Below are positions 14,173-26,836 of a stretch of DNA of 64,000 nucleotides, piece after piece. The notes under the pieces were generated by a model that searched no databases, had not been told where the DNA came from, and saw only the letters and a list, made by a program, of their open reading frames with translations. The position numbers and the translations under genes were made by a program. Source of the DNA: Octopus vulgaris (taxonomy: Eukaryota); NCBI GenBank assembly GCA_951406725.2, contig OX597819.1:34968001-35032000 (forward strand). Reading direction: 5' to 3'. The number at the start of each line of letters is the position of its first letter. Positions within the stretch are counted from its first letter, which is position 1.

Positions 14173-14919
14173 AGAATGCAGAGATAGACAAAGAGAAGAA
14201 TAGAGCAAAAGATAGTCGGAGAATTCAGAAAAGAAAATGTTCAATGATTCGAAAGTCTTACATTTTAGTTTGGTTCAAAGTTCATTAAATCCATTGTGAG
14301 GTAGTTGATGAATAGAGGTTGGCTGAATCTGGAGTCTCGTAGTTAGTTATTAGCATGACTTCCACGTGTCTGCCTTTTCCATTAGTTGACCGCTGGTGTA
14401 ATCTGAGGGCGTTATCCCTAATTAGGGATATCCGGTGCAGTTAATAGGAGCTATGCGTCAATAACTTATAGGTTGTGGGTAGTTCGTATATTTGCAAGGG
14501 AAGCCGTAAATAAGGGTAAAGTTTATATCTAGCAGGAGTATGATTTAGTGTGTAAAGACAAAGTATCGGAATAATATTTCGGTTTGAGGAGTGCAATGAA
14601 AAGGAAGAGAAACAGATAGAAGAAGGGTAATTTAACGTGTAAAAAGAGTTGGTAGCTCTCGGCTGAAAAGAAATGTAGGAAAAAGGCAGGCTAGCATAGA
14701 AAGTAGATTAGGTATATTAATTATTTATTGATAATGTGGGTTGGGGTAGGCTAGCGTAGGATATAACTATTTTTATTTATTTATAATGTGTGTTGGATAT
14801 GCATAAGCTTGTTAGGTTCGAGAAGGTTAAGGGGAGGCAATACGCTGATAAGTAGGTCTCCTAATAACATTTATGCTAGGAGCTAGTGGTGTATACAGGA
14901 AGAGCGGGTTTAACTTAGA

Positions 14920-15255
14920 GAATACGAATTGGCCTTTATGCAAGCAAAAAAAATTATTTTCATATCTTTTATTGAGCAGAGGTGATCTGGCCATTAAAAT
15001 TAGTAGTTTCTCTGTTATACAGAGCTCACAGCGCTTATTGTTAATAGTATAAGATGAAGTTTTTGCTTGGATATGCCATCCTAAACTATAGTTGATTTTT
15101 TTTTTTTTGTCTTTTAATTCCTAGATGTAGCTACTAAATCCTGTAGAGTTTGCTTTACTTCTATTTCTAAAGGTAGATTGGTGGGAATTGTATCTAAGTA
15201 TCATTTCATTTTTCGTGGCTCCTATATAAGATTTCGTATGGTTGTTGATTCGCTA
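14920..15255 (-). pseudogene. Penelope-like GIY-YIG endonuclease fragment with CxxC (Naiad-like)
   Basis: KSYIGATKNEMILRYNSHQSTFRNRSKANSTGFSSYI*ELKDK..INYSLGWHIQAKTSSYTINNKRCELCITEKLLILMARSPLLNK..CLHK; stops and slippage in A-runs. Confidence 0.82.
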
Positions 15256-15310
15256 GCTTCTGCATGCATTTTTTTTCTCCTTGTTTCTCTCCGTGTTTCT
15301 TCTCTGTGTA

Positions 15311-15348
15311 TCTTTCTGTTGAAGAGCGTAGACTCGAAACATAAAAGA
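15311..15348 (+). ncRNA. Variant minimal hammerhead motif in a short repeat (about 15268-15448)
   Basis: tcttt-CTGTTGA-a-gag..ctc-GAAA-c-ATA-aaaga; core A6 replaced by U. Confidence 0.55.
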
Positions 15349-15515
15349 CTTATTTTATTTATATTCCTGAGCGCCATACTAATACAATTGTTTGTTTGTA
15401 TTCCACCTGCCTTCGTCTTTTGTTTATTTTCATAAAGCTTCCCGTTATACATATACATATATACATGTATATATGTATATGTATACATGTGTATATATAT
15501 ACATGTGTATATATA

Positions 15516-15546
<31 letters not shown>

Positions 15547-16890
15547 ATGGATGTATGTGTATAGTAATAATAATAATCCATGGATGGAAATTATAAATAT
15601 TTTAATGTACATGTGTGTGTATATATGTATATATGTGTGTGTGTGCATGTATATATATATATATATATATATATAAAACCTGCCAGCATGGAAAGTGGAC
15701 ATTAAATGATGATGATATATATATGTATGTGTGTATATATATGCATGTATTTGTAAATATACATGTGTGTGTGTGTGCGCATGTATGTATATATATATAT
15801 TTATGCACTATTCATATATACTTATATATTTATATTTCATTTATATTTCCAGGGCAGGAAACTTGATTTTCAGATGTTTTCTAATTTTATTTTAAGGTAA
15901 GAAATAATATTTTTGATTTGAACTTAATAACTGGGATTTTTTTTTTTTTGAAATAGAATGATAAAAATTTCTTGTGAAGTTGAATTATACTTATCCTTAG
16001 TAATACCACATTCTATATGGCATATATTCTAAAACGGCAATGCTGCATGTATCTCAAGAACACAGGTACACCATGTGTTGCAGTACAAGCCTTTAGAACC
16101 ATGATAATGATGATGAAAATCAGATATTGTTGGAGTGGTCTTACAGTCATTCATATTGTACCTAAACAATAAGTTTCTAATTTAAGCACAAGGTCAGTAA
16201 TTTTGATTGTGGGAAGGCTGATGTCATCAACCGCAGTACTTGACTGGTACTGATTTTATTGGTTCCAGAGAGTTGCAAGGCAAGATTGACCTCAGATTTG
16301 AACTTACAATGTAAAGAGCTAGTAATATTGCAAGCTATTTTGTCCAATATTCTAATGTTTCTGCTTGTAATAGTAATATTCAATGAGGTTCAGCAAAATA
16401 ACTAGTTCTGTAAGTTATTGGTCAGCTACTATATGGGTCATACATAAGTTTATATCTACTATGAGAGTTTAATCAGGCTTATCAGTTGGGTTTTTAAAAT
16501 TTAATATACGTTAGATAAGATTTGTTGGAGTGCTATTTGCAGTTGACAAACTTTTTCTTTTTATTTGTTTGTATCTTAGCCAGTTAACACCTGCATCTAG
16601 AGGTAAATAAGACATAGCTGATTCTTCCTACATATAAATGTAATAGTGTTAAACCTTTTGTGACCATATTTCTAACAAAAATACATTTTACCTTTGTATT
16701 TTAATTTTCAAAATAATCAGCAATTATGGACAGTTTGGTGAAATAATTTGATTTACTAAAGGATATATTTTTACATGTTGATATCTCATGATAGTATTTT
16801 GCTCCAAGATCTCTATTTTAATTTCAACTCTCAGGGCAGTTCCAACCAGGTTGATGTTCAATGGCTTATATATATAAATTTCATGTTTAA

Positions 16891-17016
16891 CCCTTTAGCA
16901 TTTAAACCGGCCATATCCGGCCCAAAGTATTCTACCTGTTTTATGTTCAAATTGGCCAGATCTCAATGTGGATAAAAAAGGATTCATTTTGGCAGAATAA
17001 TGAGAACACTAAAGGG
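16891..17016. mobile_element. piggyBac-type MITE (family also at about 26510-26669, 58217-58430, 60458-60672, 63077-63293)
   Basis: TTAA|CCCTTTAGCATT ... CTAAAGGG|TTAA. Confidence 0.75.
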
Positions 17017-17029
17017 TTAAGTAGCTGGA

Positions 17030-17510
17030 CCATCAGGGATAATCCTTGAGAAGTTGAAAGCATCTGGTGAAGTAGTATGTATTAGGCATATTCAGGTTTT
17101 ACTGGAAGGGGTTATTCCTAAGGACAAACATAGCAGCATTATCATCAACCTCTTAGAAGGACAAAGGGAATGTTCAAGAAAGAAGCAACTACAGAAGCAT
17201 TAAATTGATGGACCAAGTTATGAAAGTAATAGAAAAAGTTATAGTATAAACTTATTAGAAAGAAAATTAGTTTAGATGAGATGTACTTTGGATTTATGCT
17301 CTCTTCTTTATGTGACAACTATAGAAGTGCTTACCAAAGTACAAATCATATATTTTGTGTTCATTGACCTGGAGGAAGGCCTTTGACTGACTACCACACT
17401 TTATAATCTAGTAGTTACTAAGAAAACTAGATGTAGATAAATAGCCCACGAGCTATGCAGGCCATGTCAGCAATGTAAGAATGAACAACGAGTTCAGTGA
17501 GGAATTTACT
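17030..17510 (+). mobile_element. Decayed RTE-clade LINE reverse transcriptase fragment
   Basis: Broken frames give EGVIPKD.., SNYRSIKLMDQVMKVIEKV, DEMYFGFM, FIDLE.AFD. Confidence 0.7.
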
Positions 17511-18015
17511 GCCTGCTATAGATGATTGAGGTAAATGTTGTTTTTAGTATCTTTGCTAATGACATTGTGAGTGTGAATATTTAGCAAAAGGTTTTGGAAT
17601 CATCATCACCATCATTGTTTTTATATTTGCTCTTCCATGCCGTTATGGGTTCACCAAGATATTTTGGAGCAATTTTTGCAAATGGATGCTCTTCTTACTA
17701 CGACTCCTTCCTCTTAGTCATCTCTTACAATACACAGCGATACAGAGTAATCTATTCTAAAAACTCGGATACATCCAGTTAGCATGGATGCTAATGTGTG
17801 ACTTTAAACCAACAAGGTGACCAACCCTGGTAATGTCTCTTCCATTACCATCAGACACAGTGTCACATAACTAGTCACTTTCTTCACCAAACTCTAATCT
17901 TCCTTTCTCAACACAGACCTGTCCAGATCTCATGCTAATGTGCCTGCCCCATTCAAAAGAACAACACTCTTTCTAACTCTGAACACTATTGACCTCTCAC
18001 ACTCACTTCCAACTT

Positions 18016-19237
18016 CTTATCAATTACCAGCACAGATTTAGTATATCTAAATCTATTTGTGAGAGGGCTATTTGCATTTGTCACTTAACAATGTTCTCTT
18101 GCATTTGAGAAATTTGTTGAAAGCAATGTCATAACACTTGACATCAAAACCTTTTATCATGTCTGACACTGAGAACCTCTTAATTAGTTGCCTGTCAATG
18201 ATTCCATCCATCTCACTTCTCTTCAATTGGAAGTTTACTATCAGATTACACTAATACATGTATTGAATGAGGCTATCTCTGTCCCAAACTCTGGTGTGCT
18301 GCAAGGTTCAGTTATGTCCTCCTGACTCTGCCTTTTGTACATTAATAACTTCTTGCTATAACCTTCAGTAATGTTCCTGCCTTAACATTTCACATACAGA
18401 TGTCATCTGCAAGTAGTCTAGGCTTATCAATTACCAGTACAGCTTTAGTATATCTAAATCTATTTGTGAGAGGGCTATTTGCATTTGTCACTTAACAATG
18501 TTCCCTTGCATTTGAGAAATTTGTTGAAAGCAATGTCATAACACTTGACATCAAAACCTTTTATCATGTCTGACACTGAGAACCTCTTAATTAGTTGCCT
18601 GTCAATGATTCCATCCATCTCACTTCTCTTCAATTGGAAGTTTACTATCAGATTACACTAATATATGTATTGAATGAGACTATCTCTGTCCCAAACTCTG
18701 GTGTGCTGCAAGGTTCAGTTATGTCCTCCTGACTCTGCCTTTTGTACATTAATAACTTCTTGCTATAACCTTCAATAATGTTCCTGCCTTAACATTCCAC
18801 ATACAGATGTCATCTGCAAGTAGTCTAGGCTTATCAATTACCAGTACAGCTTTAGTATATCTAAATCTATTTGTGAGAGGGCTGTTTGCATTTGTCACTT
18901 AACAATGTTCCCTTGCATTTGAGAAATTTGTTGAAAGCAATGTCATAACACTTGACATCAAAACCTTTTATCATGTCTGACACTGAGAACCTCTTAATTA
19001 GTTGCCTGTCAATGATTCCATCCATCTCACTTCTCTTCAATTGGAAGTTTACTATCAGATTACACTAATACATGTATTGAATGAGACCATCTCTGTCCCA
19101 AACTCTGGTGTGCTCCAAGGTTCAGTTATGTCCTCCTGACTCTGCCTTTTGTACATTAATAACTTCTTGCTATAACCTTCAATAATGTTCCTGCCTTAAC
19201 ATTCCACATACAGATGTCATCTGCATGTAGTCTAGGC
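18016..19237 (+). repeat. Tandem triplication, 3 x 407 bp, of a decayed CR1/L2-like RT segment
   Basis: Units start at 18016, 18423 and 18830 and are nearly identical; each encodes SGVLQGSVMSS*LCLLYINNF (RT motif). Confidence 0.9.
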
Positions 19238-20874
19238 TTTCTATATAGCCACCCTTTTTTTTGTACTTCTCTCTCTTGTAGGGTAACCATGTACTTCCTC
19301 TACAACAAGACATCTGTTTCTGTCTCTCTTTCATTATCTGGCACTAAATCACCTCCTCCAATGCCCCCTCACCTCTCAAAGGTTCTTTGTCTTGCAAGTT
19401 ACTTGGTGACCCTACCCGTGTTGGTGCCACATAAAGCATCCAGTCCACTCTGCAAAGTGGCTGGCATTTGGAAAGGCATCCAGCTGTAAAAACCATGCCA
19501 AAACTGACCCCACCTGTGCTGGTGCCACATAAAATACACTCAGCGCACTCTGTGGGATGGTTAATGTTAGGAAGGGCATCCAGCTGTAAAAACTCTGCCA
19601 AAACAGATACAGAAGTCTGGTGTAGTCTTTTGCCTGGTCAGCTTCTGTCAAACTGTTCAACCCATGCCATCCTGTGCTTCAGCAACACAAAGGTATAATC
19701 TCAGGAATCATCCTTAAACCTACTCTGTCTACACACAAAGCCCAACACACCATCCAAACATAGTCGATGCCAGCCCCCTCTGGCTCCTGTGCCGGTGGCA
19801 CATAAAAACACCATCCAAATGTGGTCGATGCCTGCCCCCTCTGGCCCCTGTGCCAGTGGCACATAAAAAGCACCCACTACACTCTTGGAATAGTTGGCGT
19901 TAGGAAGGGCATCCTGCTGTAGAAACACTGCCAGATCAGATTTGAGCCTGGTGCAGCCTCCTGGCTTCCCAGACCCCAGTCGAACTGTCTAACCCATGCC
20001 AGCATGGAAAACGGACGTTAAACGATGATGATGATAATGACGACAACGACACAAAGTCCTTAAACTCACTATAGAATGCTGAGCCTCTCAATTTCTGATG
20101 ATCCTTCCTGATGCCCTCTCATAATATAGTTAAATCTGCGTCCTCAAGAAACTAGCCTTCTTCTTCAAGGCTGAAAAATATCTCTGGTTTGGTCAATTAT
20201 TAAACTTCCACAAAGTTCAACTGAGACCAACTTTAGAGTACTGAAAAGAATACAACTTCTACATTTGAGACAGTACTACAGCCATCAACCTGATCCACAG
20301 GAGAGTACTCCCCAAGGACAGTACTGCAGTAGTCAACTTGGCTAACATTAGAGTACTGTCCCACCTCTGGGGCAGCATAGCAGTGAAAAACCTGACCCAA
20401 AATATGGTAGTGCCTCCACATTTAGGACAGCATTGCAATTATGATCTTGACCCCTAACAGAGTACTGCTCCCACAATTATGATAGTATTATTAAAGCTGA
20501 ATGTCTACTGTATTGATCTCGCATGTCTTGGAAGATTCACTAAGACCATGGGCCCTTCAGACTAAAACATTAAAAATGACTCCTCACTTGTGGCACAAAT
20601 GTATAACTTCTGCCCTGCAGATTAACTAGTGACAGAGGTTGTATATTATTGTTCTTCTATACGTGTATGTGTGTGTTTATAAATAAGTCATCTATATAGC
20701 ATAAATATGTGATTCACATGTAATATAATGTTATCTTCTTGACATTCTTATTTTTTTACTTTTATATTTCAGATTATCATCATATCAGAATCTATTCAGT
20801 TAAATATTATTTTGTAAAGCTGACATTCCAACTTGCTGAAACGTGTCACCTATTATTTGTATCTTAACTTGTAT

Positions 20875-21048
20875 ATGGGGGCTGGTGTTGTGAAGGCTGA
20901 AGGGAGGGGGAGGCAACCTTCTAATTTATCTCCAAGTTATTTTTCACCAAGCCATGCACCCAGAACTGATGCAGCAGCTGTTTTAAGTAACCAACCTGGA
21001 ATGTCTTGTGAGTCCTGTACTGCTCAGTTCAATACATTTAAGAGAAAG
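20875..21048 (+). CDS. RNF34: RNF34/RFFL-family E3 ubiquitin ligase, coding exon 1
   Basis: ATG at 20875, MGAG...MSCESCTAQFNTFKRK (start of FYVE-like finger); GT donor at 21049, phase 0; acceptor tttcAG at 20771-72 precedes the 5'UTR part, so an upstream non-coding exon is implied. Confidence 0.88.
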
Positions 21049-21669
21049 GTTTGTTACAATTGAATTTATATTTTAATTTTCCTGTCTTTCTTTCGTAAAT
21101 AAATAACTGTTTAGAAAATTACTCATCTAGTCTAAATGTTTCTAGTGAAAATATTTTCTTCTTTCATATAAGACTGTCTGGAAATTACATTGTATCAAAC
21201 TGTTGCTATGAAGTTCCTAAACAAGCAGGTCTTTGATGATCAAAAGCATTTTAGTTTTGATCATCTTAATTTTGCATACCTAGGGTGACATTATCCAATG
21301 TGTCTTTCCATTTTTCGGAGAGTAGGGATGTGATTTGAGGGTGGTTTGACTGTTATTTCTAGCTGGTCAAGCAACCGTATAGAAGCATCATCATTAGCTC
21401 ATGTTGTACCAATGATCAGGATGTGTATGTATATGAGTTACTGCAATGAGTACCATAGAATAGAATGTAAACTGAGATGAGATCTGGATTTAATTCCTGA
21501 TTGTAGCTATTTCACTTACTTTCTTGGACTAATTTCAGTAGGGTTGTTTGTCCACTGACTGGTACTTTGGATCCCAGTCAGTCAGCTGATTCCATTTATT
21601 ACATGTATGAATGATTAGAAGATGATAGAGAAGAGACTAGAGATAATCAATAAAATATTGACTAATATA

Positions 21670-22028
21670 CTAGCACTATGACCCCGGCAACGCCGGGTCA
21701 TAGTGCTAGTGCATGCATATACAGGTGTGTGCTTGCGCACACATACACGCAAGTACTGTCCAAATCTCCGACCAATCACATGCAGCTAGCTGGCATTCAA
21801 TTGGCGTATCAAGTTTCGGGCATTTTGATAGAAAATTCACAAAAAAAGTCACTTCTATTGATTTTTTTAATGGCTTCGCAGGGTGACTGGGGAAATGTAA
21901 AGATGTGCACGACCACCCTTGGATGGTTTTAAATGACCATAGAAAGTGCGAGCCCTCTAACTGAAAAATTGTGAATTTGTATAAAGGACACACACACAGA
22001 CATTTTGCCGTTTATAAATATAGAGAGA
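21670..22028 (-). mobile_element. Non-autonomous Helitron, copy A (RNF34 intron)
   Basis: Minus strand TC...hairpin-CTAG, A|T target; near-identical copy at 45632-45987. Confidence 0.85.
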
Positions 22029-22098
22029 TGATTTTAATTTGTTGGTTTTATGTTTCAATGCTGATAATTAATTATGGTGTCAATTCATTTTAATGTAG

Positions 22099-22383
22099 AA
22101 AACCTGTTGCCACTGTGGTCGATATTTCTGCTCGTCTTGCTGCCAGCGACAATGGAACAATATACAGCCTGTTCGGCAGTGTCATAAGTGTCAGATTTTA
22201 GCTTCTGGAAATTTTACTCGCAGTGATTTGATGCAGTGGAAAATCAAAGATTTACAAGTGTTTCTCAATAAGAAAAACATATCTACAAACACCTGTACTG
22301 AAAAATATGATTTGGTTGAATTACTTGTGTGTCATTTTGGTCAGGAAACTTACCAACCACCACACACATACTTCCGATATCAA
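22099..22383 (+). CDS. RNF34: RNF34/RFFL coding exon 2 (FYVE-like zinc finger + first SAP-like helix)
   Basis: AG|KTCCHCGRYFCSSC...QCHKC...WKIKDLQVFLNKKNISTNTCTEKYDLVELL...RYQ|GTAAGT; 285 nt, phase 0/0. Confidence 0.93.
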
Positions 22384-22738
22384 GTAAGTATTTTACTGTG
22401 TTTTAACATTAATTGCTCTTGACTTTTTACTTGTTGGGCCTAGATGAGGCAGTAGTGCTTGTGGCCTTCATAGGCCCTCTCCTAGGCAAGTGAGATTGAT
22501 GCCATTAATGTTCTTGAACTTTTGTAAACCAACACTTGAGGGAAAGATATGAGCAGGAAGGAAATTCCAAGTGCTGATGTTCTGAGAAAGTGATTAGATT
22601 GGAGCCTGGGGTGGGGGTTGACACAACACAAGTAATGAAAGGTAAGGTGAGTGGAATGAGAATTCTTTTAGTTAGAATTATAATCACTGTAAACTAAATT
22701 TGTAGACTTTAATGATTGTAAAATCAACTTGTGAAATG

Positions 22739-23159
22739 GGATCTTTTCGGTTTGAATGGCAGTTTTTAACATAATTTCTAGGTAACTAAAAAATTTTAAA
22801 CTTCGTATACTGGTAGAATGTGTTTATAAAACGTCTTTTTCTCTTGGCTTTATTGAGAAAATTCTATAGTTTGTAAGATATTTGTTGTTTTTTTTCTTCA
22901 ATTTCTGCAATTTCAACCAATCATTGACGTCTATTGAGGTAAATAACATTCTGTGCTGTATGAATATGTCCCTCATTTAAGAAACAGATTGGGTTTATTT
23001 ACATTTGTAAAGAAAAAAAGATACCCTTCCCCCCACCCCTAACTAACCCTAACCCTAAAACAGATTGAAATGCAATAGATCGATACTAGGGTCATAATTA
23101 TGAGTGACAATTTCATATGACACCGCTAGAAAAAACTGCCGTTCAAACCGAAAAGGTCC
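22739..23159. mobile_element. MITE with about 29-bp TIRs and 8-bp TSD (Merlin-like)
   Basis: GGATCTTTTCGGTTTGAA(T)GGCAGTTTTT ... AAAAACTGCCGTTCAAACCGAAAAGGTCC; TSD (g/a)tgaaatg. Confidence 0.75.
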
Positions 23160-23558
23160 ATGAAATGTTTATGAATAGTAATTGATAGGGTTTATATCTT
23201 CTAAATTTAAAATGTGTTGAAGTTTCATTATCAAAAAGATGTTAATCGATGATGATAATGATGATGATGATGATGAACTGTTCAATATTCTTGATATTTT
23301 CATAAAATGTTGTCATTTTGAACCAAGAATGCTTAACATCTCTATAATGGAAGTGAGTGTTAGTCTTACTCTCTTCTGCCTGACTTTCCTTATAGAAAAC
23401 AGCCACATTTCTCTCATATCTGGTTTGTTTTCACTACAACACATTCACATTTCTCTCCTCTCCTTCCAGAATTATCTTCATAATACCACAACTGCATTTC
23501 TTTCTTCTATTAAATTACTTAACATTGAATTTTTTTTTTTTTTTTTTTGTGTTTGTAG

Positions 23559-23792
23559 CTTGATATGGAATCAGATGAAGGGCGTGTTCATCCTCGAATC
23601 TCTTCTAATGGAGTTGAAGATTCTGCCGAGGAAGAATCGCAAGAGGGAGGCAGCATGCATATCTACACATCACACAGTCGTAACAATCACACCAGTGAGG
23701 GATTAAGTAGTAGCGCTACATTGATAACACAATCTTGGGATAACAGTCAGGGAAGTCGATTGCCATTAAGATCAACCAACGATACTGCACAG
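23559..23792 (+). CDS. RNF34: RNF34/RFFL coding exon 3 (acidic/Ser-rich linker)
   Basis: Poly-T tract + TAG acceptor, LDMESDEG...NDTAQ|GTAATG; 234 nt keeps the frame between exons 2 and 4. Confidence 0.85.
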
Positions 23793-23924
23793 GTAATGGG
23801 TTTTTCATTATATTGGTAAGAAAGAGAGACTGTAATGGCTGGACATAGAAAAAGTCAATGTTAAAAGAGAATGACGAACATCAGAAATGAGCTGCCAGGG
23901 AAAGAGGATCTAATGATTAGCAGT

Positions 23925-24310
23925 ACAATGGCCCAGTGGTTAGGGCAGCGGGCTCGCGGTCATAGGATTGCGGTTTCAATTCCCAGACCGGCCGGGCGTT
24001 GTGAGTGTTTATTGAGCGAAAACACCTAAAAAGCTCCACGAGGCTCCGGCAGGGGATGGTGGTGATCCCTGATGTACTCTTTCACCACAACTTTCTCTCA
24101 CTCTTACTTCCTGTTTCTGTTGTACCTGTATTTCAAGGGGCTGGCCTTGTCACTCTCTGTGTCACGCTGAAAAAATCCCCGAGAACTACGTTAAGGGTGC
24201 ACGTGTCTGTGGAGTGCTCAGCCACTTACATGTTAATTTCATGTGCAGGCTGTTCCGTTGATTCGGATCAACCGGAACCCTCATCGTCGTAACCGACGGA
24301 GTGCTTCCAT
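23925..24310 (+). mobile_element. tRNA-derived SINE (related head at 1364-1435; second family at 5912-6230 and 11724-12025)
   Basis: TGGCCCAGTGG A box and GTTTCAATTCCC B box, with body shared by other copies. Confidence 0.8.
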
Positions 24311-25361
24311 AGTAAGGGAACACTTTCTGGTAAAAGAGAGATCATGTGAGGGTAGATTTAGCAGTACAGTTGCATAAGAGTAATTAGTAAGAATGCATTC
24401 AGAATAAACTTCAAATGTTTGGTGGCTTCGTTAAAAGCAACTGATAGTTTTTGTTATTCAGGTAATCTAATTAGAAGTGGAGGTAGATGTACTGAAAATG
24501 TAGCCAGAATAAGAATGGGGTGATAAATGATCATCATCATCATTTAGCATCCGTTTTCCATGCTAGCATGGGTTAGATGGTTCAACTGGGGTCTGTGAAG
24601 CCAGAAGGCTGCATCAGGCCCAATCTGATCTGGCAGTGTTTCTACGGCTGGATGCCCTTCCTAACGCCAACCACTCCACGAGTGTAGTGGGTGCTTTTTA
24701 CGTGCCACCCGCACAGGTGCCAGACGGTGCTGGCAAACGGCCACGAACGGATGGTGCTTTTACGTGCCACCGGCACGGGGGCCAGGCGAGGCTGGCAATG
24801 AGTTAATACTTCTGATGACAACAAAGGACATCTCTCAGAGATTAAAAAGGGAGATTGTATGATTCTTGTGTATGAAGTGTGCTCTAGTGATGGATCTCCA
24901 GCTCAAGAGTTTAGGTATCTTGGTGGATATGGAGTTACTCATTAGTCACTGCTACTCCTAGGTCTGCTCTGGCTCAGAGTGGTAGTGCCCTCCAAGGGCA
25001 CTGGTGAGATGGTCCTTGGCTAAGGCCTACAAGATGGTCTTTAGACATATATCACATAGGCCCATTAGTGTGTAGACATATCCTGGTGTCAAGTGAACCA
25101 GCCCTCGTGCCTAAGGATTACAAAGGCACTGTGTCTCAAGGATAAGCTTGGGAGAGCAGAAGATTTGCAGAGTAAACTGTAAAAATAAACTAACAGAAGG
25201 TAATGAGAAATTACTGTTGTATCTTTCCAAAAAGAAAAAGAAACTGAATCTTCAGACTTATTCTAGTTTGAGTGAAGACTGATTTGACTCAACTTAAATG
25301 AGAAATGGTAATCCTTGTTTATTAGAGCTTCGTGTTTTAGAGTAAGGCTAATAATATCATT

Positions 25362-25661
25362 ATGTGGAGGCACATGGCCTAGTGGTTAGAGCAGCGGACT
25401 CGCGGTCAAGGGATTGCAGGTTCGAATCTCAGACTGGGCGATGTGTGTGTTTATGAGCGAAACACCTAAGCTCCATGCAGCTCCGGCAGAAGGTAATGGC
25501 GAAACTTCTGCTGACTCTTTCGCCACAACTTTCTCTCAGTCTTTCCTCCTGCATCTTGCAGCTCACCTGCGACAGACTGGCATCCCATCCAGGTGGGGAA
25601 CCTATACGCCAAGAAACCAGCCCTTATGAGCCAGGCATGGCTCAAGAAGGAACAACCAACC
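25362..25661 (+). mobile_element. tRNA-derived SINE with TSD
   Basis: Same family as 4885; TSD aataatatcatt. Confidence 0.88.
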
Positions 25662-26836
25662 AATAATATCATTGTCATTTTTACATACAAATTTTTGTAC
25701 TTGTATGGGTTGTATGAATACTTCCCGACACAGCATTTTGCCTCTTGCTATGTTACCTCCTTTGTGAAGTTTTGAATCATGGGAGGAGCTTCCACCACTT
25801 CCGCTCATGTCTTCCTTGGTCTTCTCCTGCTACATGTGTTTTATTTAGATCTCCTGAAACTTATTTACCCAACTTTCCTCCTCTATACACATTATGTCTC
25901 TGTACCAACATGATCATCTCTCTTGCATCTGTTTCCTGTTATAAACCCAGTTTTTCTCACAAATTACCCTGTGCCTTGTTCATGAATGCTAACATTACAT
26001 ATCTAATAGAGCGCACTTACTTTCTAAACTCTACACATTTCCCCCTGTCTTGCTACCATGCAATGTTGCACTTTATACACTAGCATTATACAATCTGCCT
26101 TCCACTCAAAGAGAGAAGCTCTTGGTTGTCAGCAGAAGTAATAGCTCCCTTAACTTTTTTCATATTGTTCTTAATCTTGTCATTATGTTCTCAGAGCATG
26201 CTCTGCCATTTTTCATAAAGTCAGATAACAGAAACTGTCAACGACTTCCACTTATATGGGACCTCTCAAAGCATTAGAAAGATAAGGGCTTTCTACTTGC
26301 CCCTTTTCTGCATGTTGAGTACAGACATTTCTTATGGTAGCCAGTTCCTGTCTTATCTCTTTTTTTATATTAAAACTTCAGTTTTTACTAAGTTTACTTT
26401 GAAGTCTTGTGATTTTATGTTTTGTTTCCATATCTGAAATTTCTTCACTAATTCTTCAACAAACCTATAGAAACTAGGTCATCAGTATACAAGAATTCCT
26501 GTAAACCGCTATTTAAACTGGCCCAAATATTTTATCCATTTAATGTTCAAAGCAGCCAGATCTAGCCTCTTACACCTACCTTACTATGCCAGTCTGCATG
26601 ATTAATTCAAAACAATGTGAATAAATAAGCATTACATTTGACAGAATCATCTGAATGCTAAGTGGTTAAACTTTTCTGTCTTCTGTTACATCCTAGAGAA
26701 TTATCATAAACAGAGTGGGCGGAGAACTAATTCTTGGTGGACATCGACTTGTACAATAAATTCTTCACTAAGCTTATTGCTAACTCTCACAAGCCTGTCA
26801 TTTACACCTATTTTTCTTAAAGACCATCAGACAATA

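Noticed and set aside
23239-23706. 155-aa ORF
   Set aside because: It starts in a (GAT)n intron tract and overlaps RNF34 exon 3 in the wrong frame.
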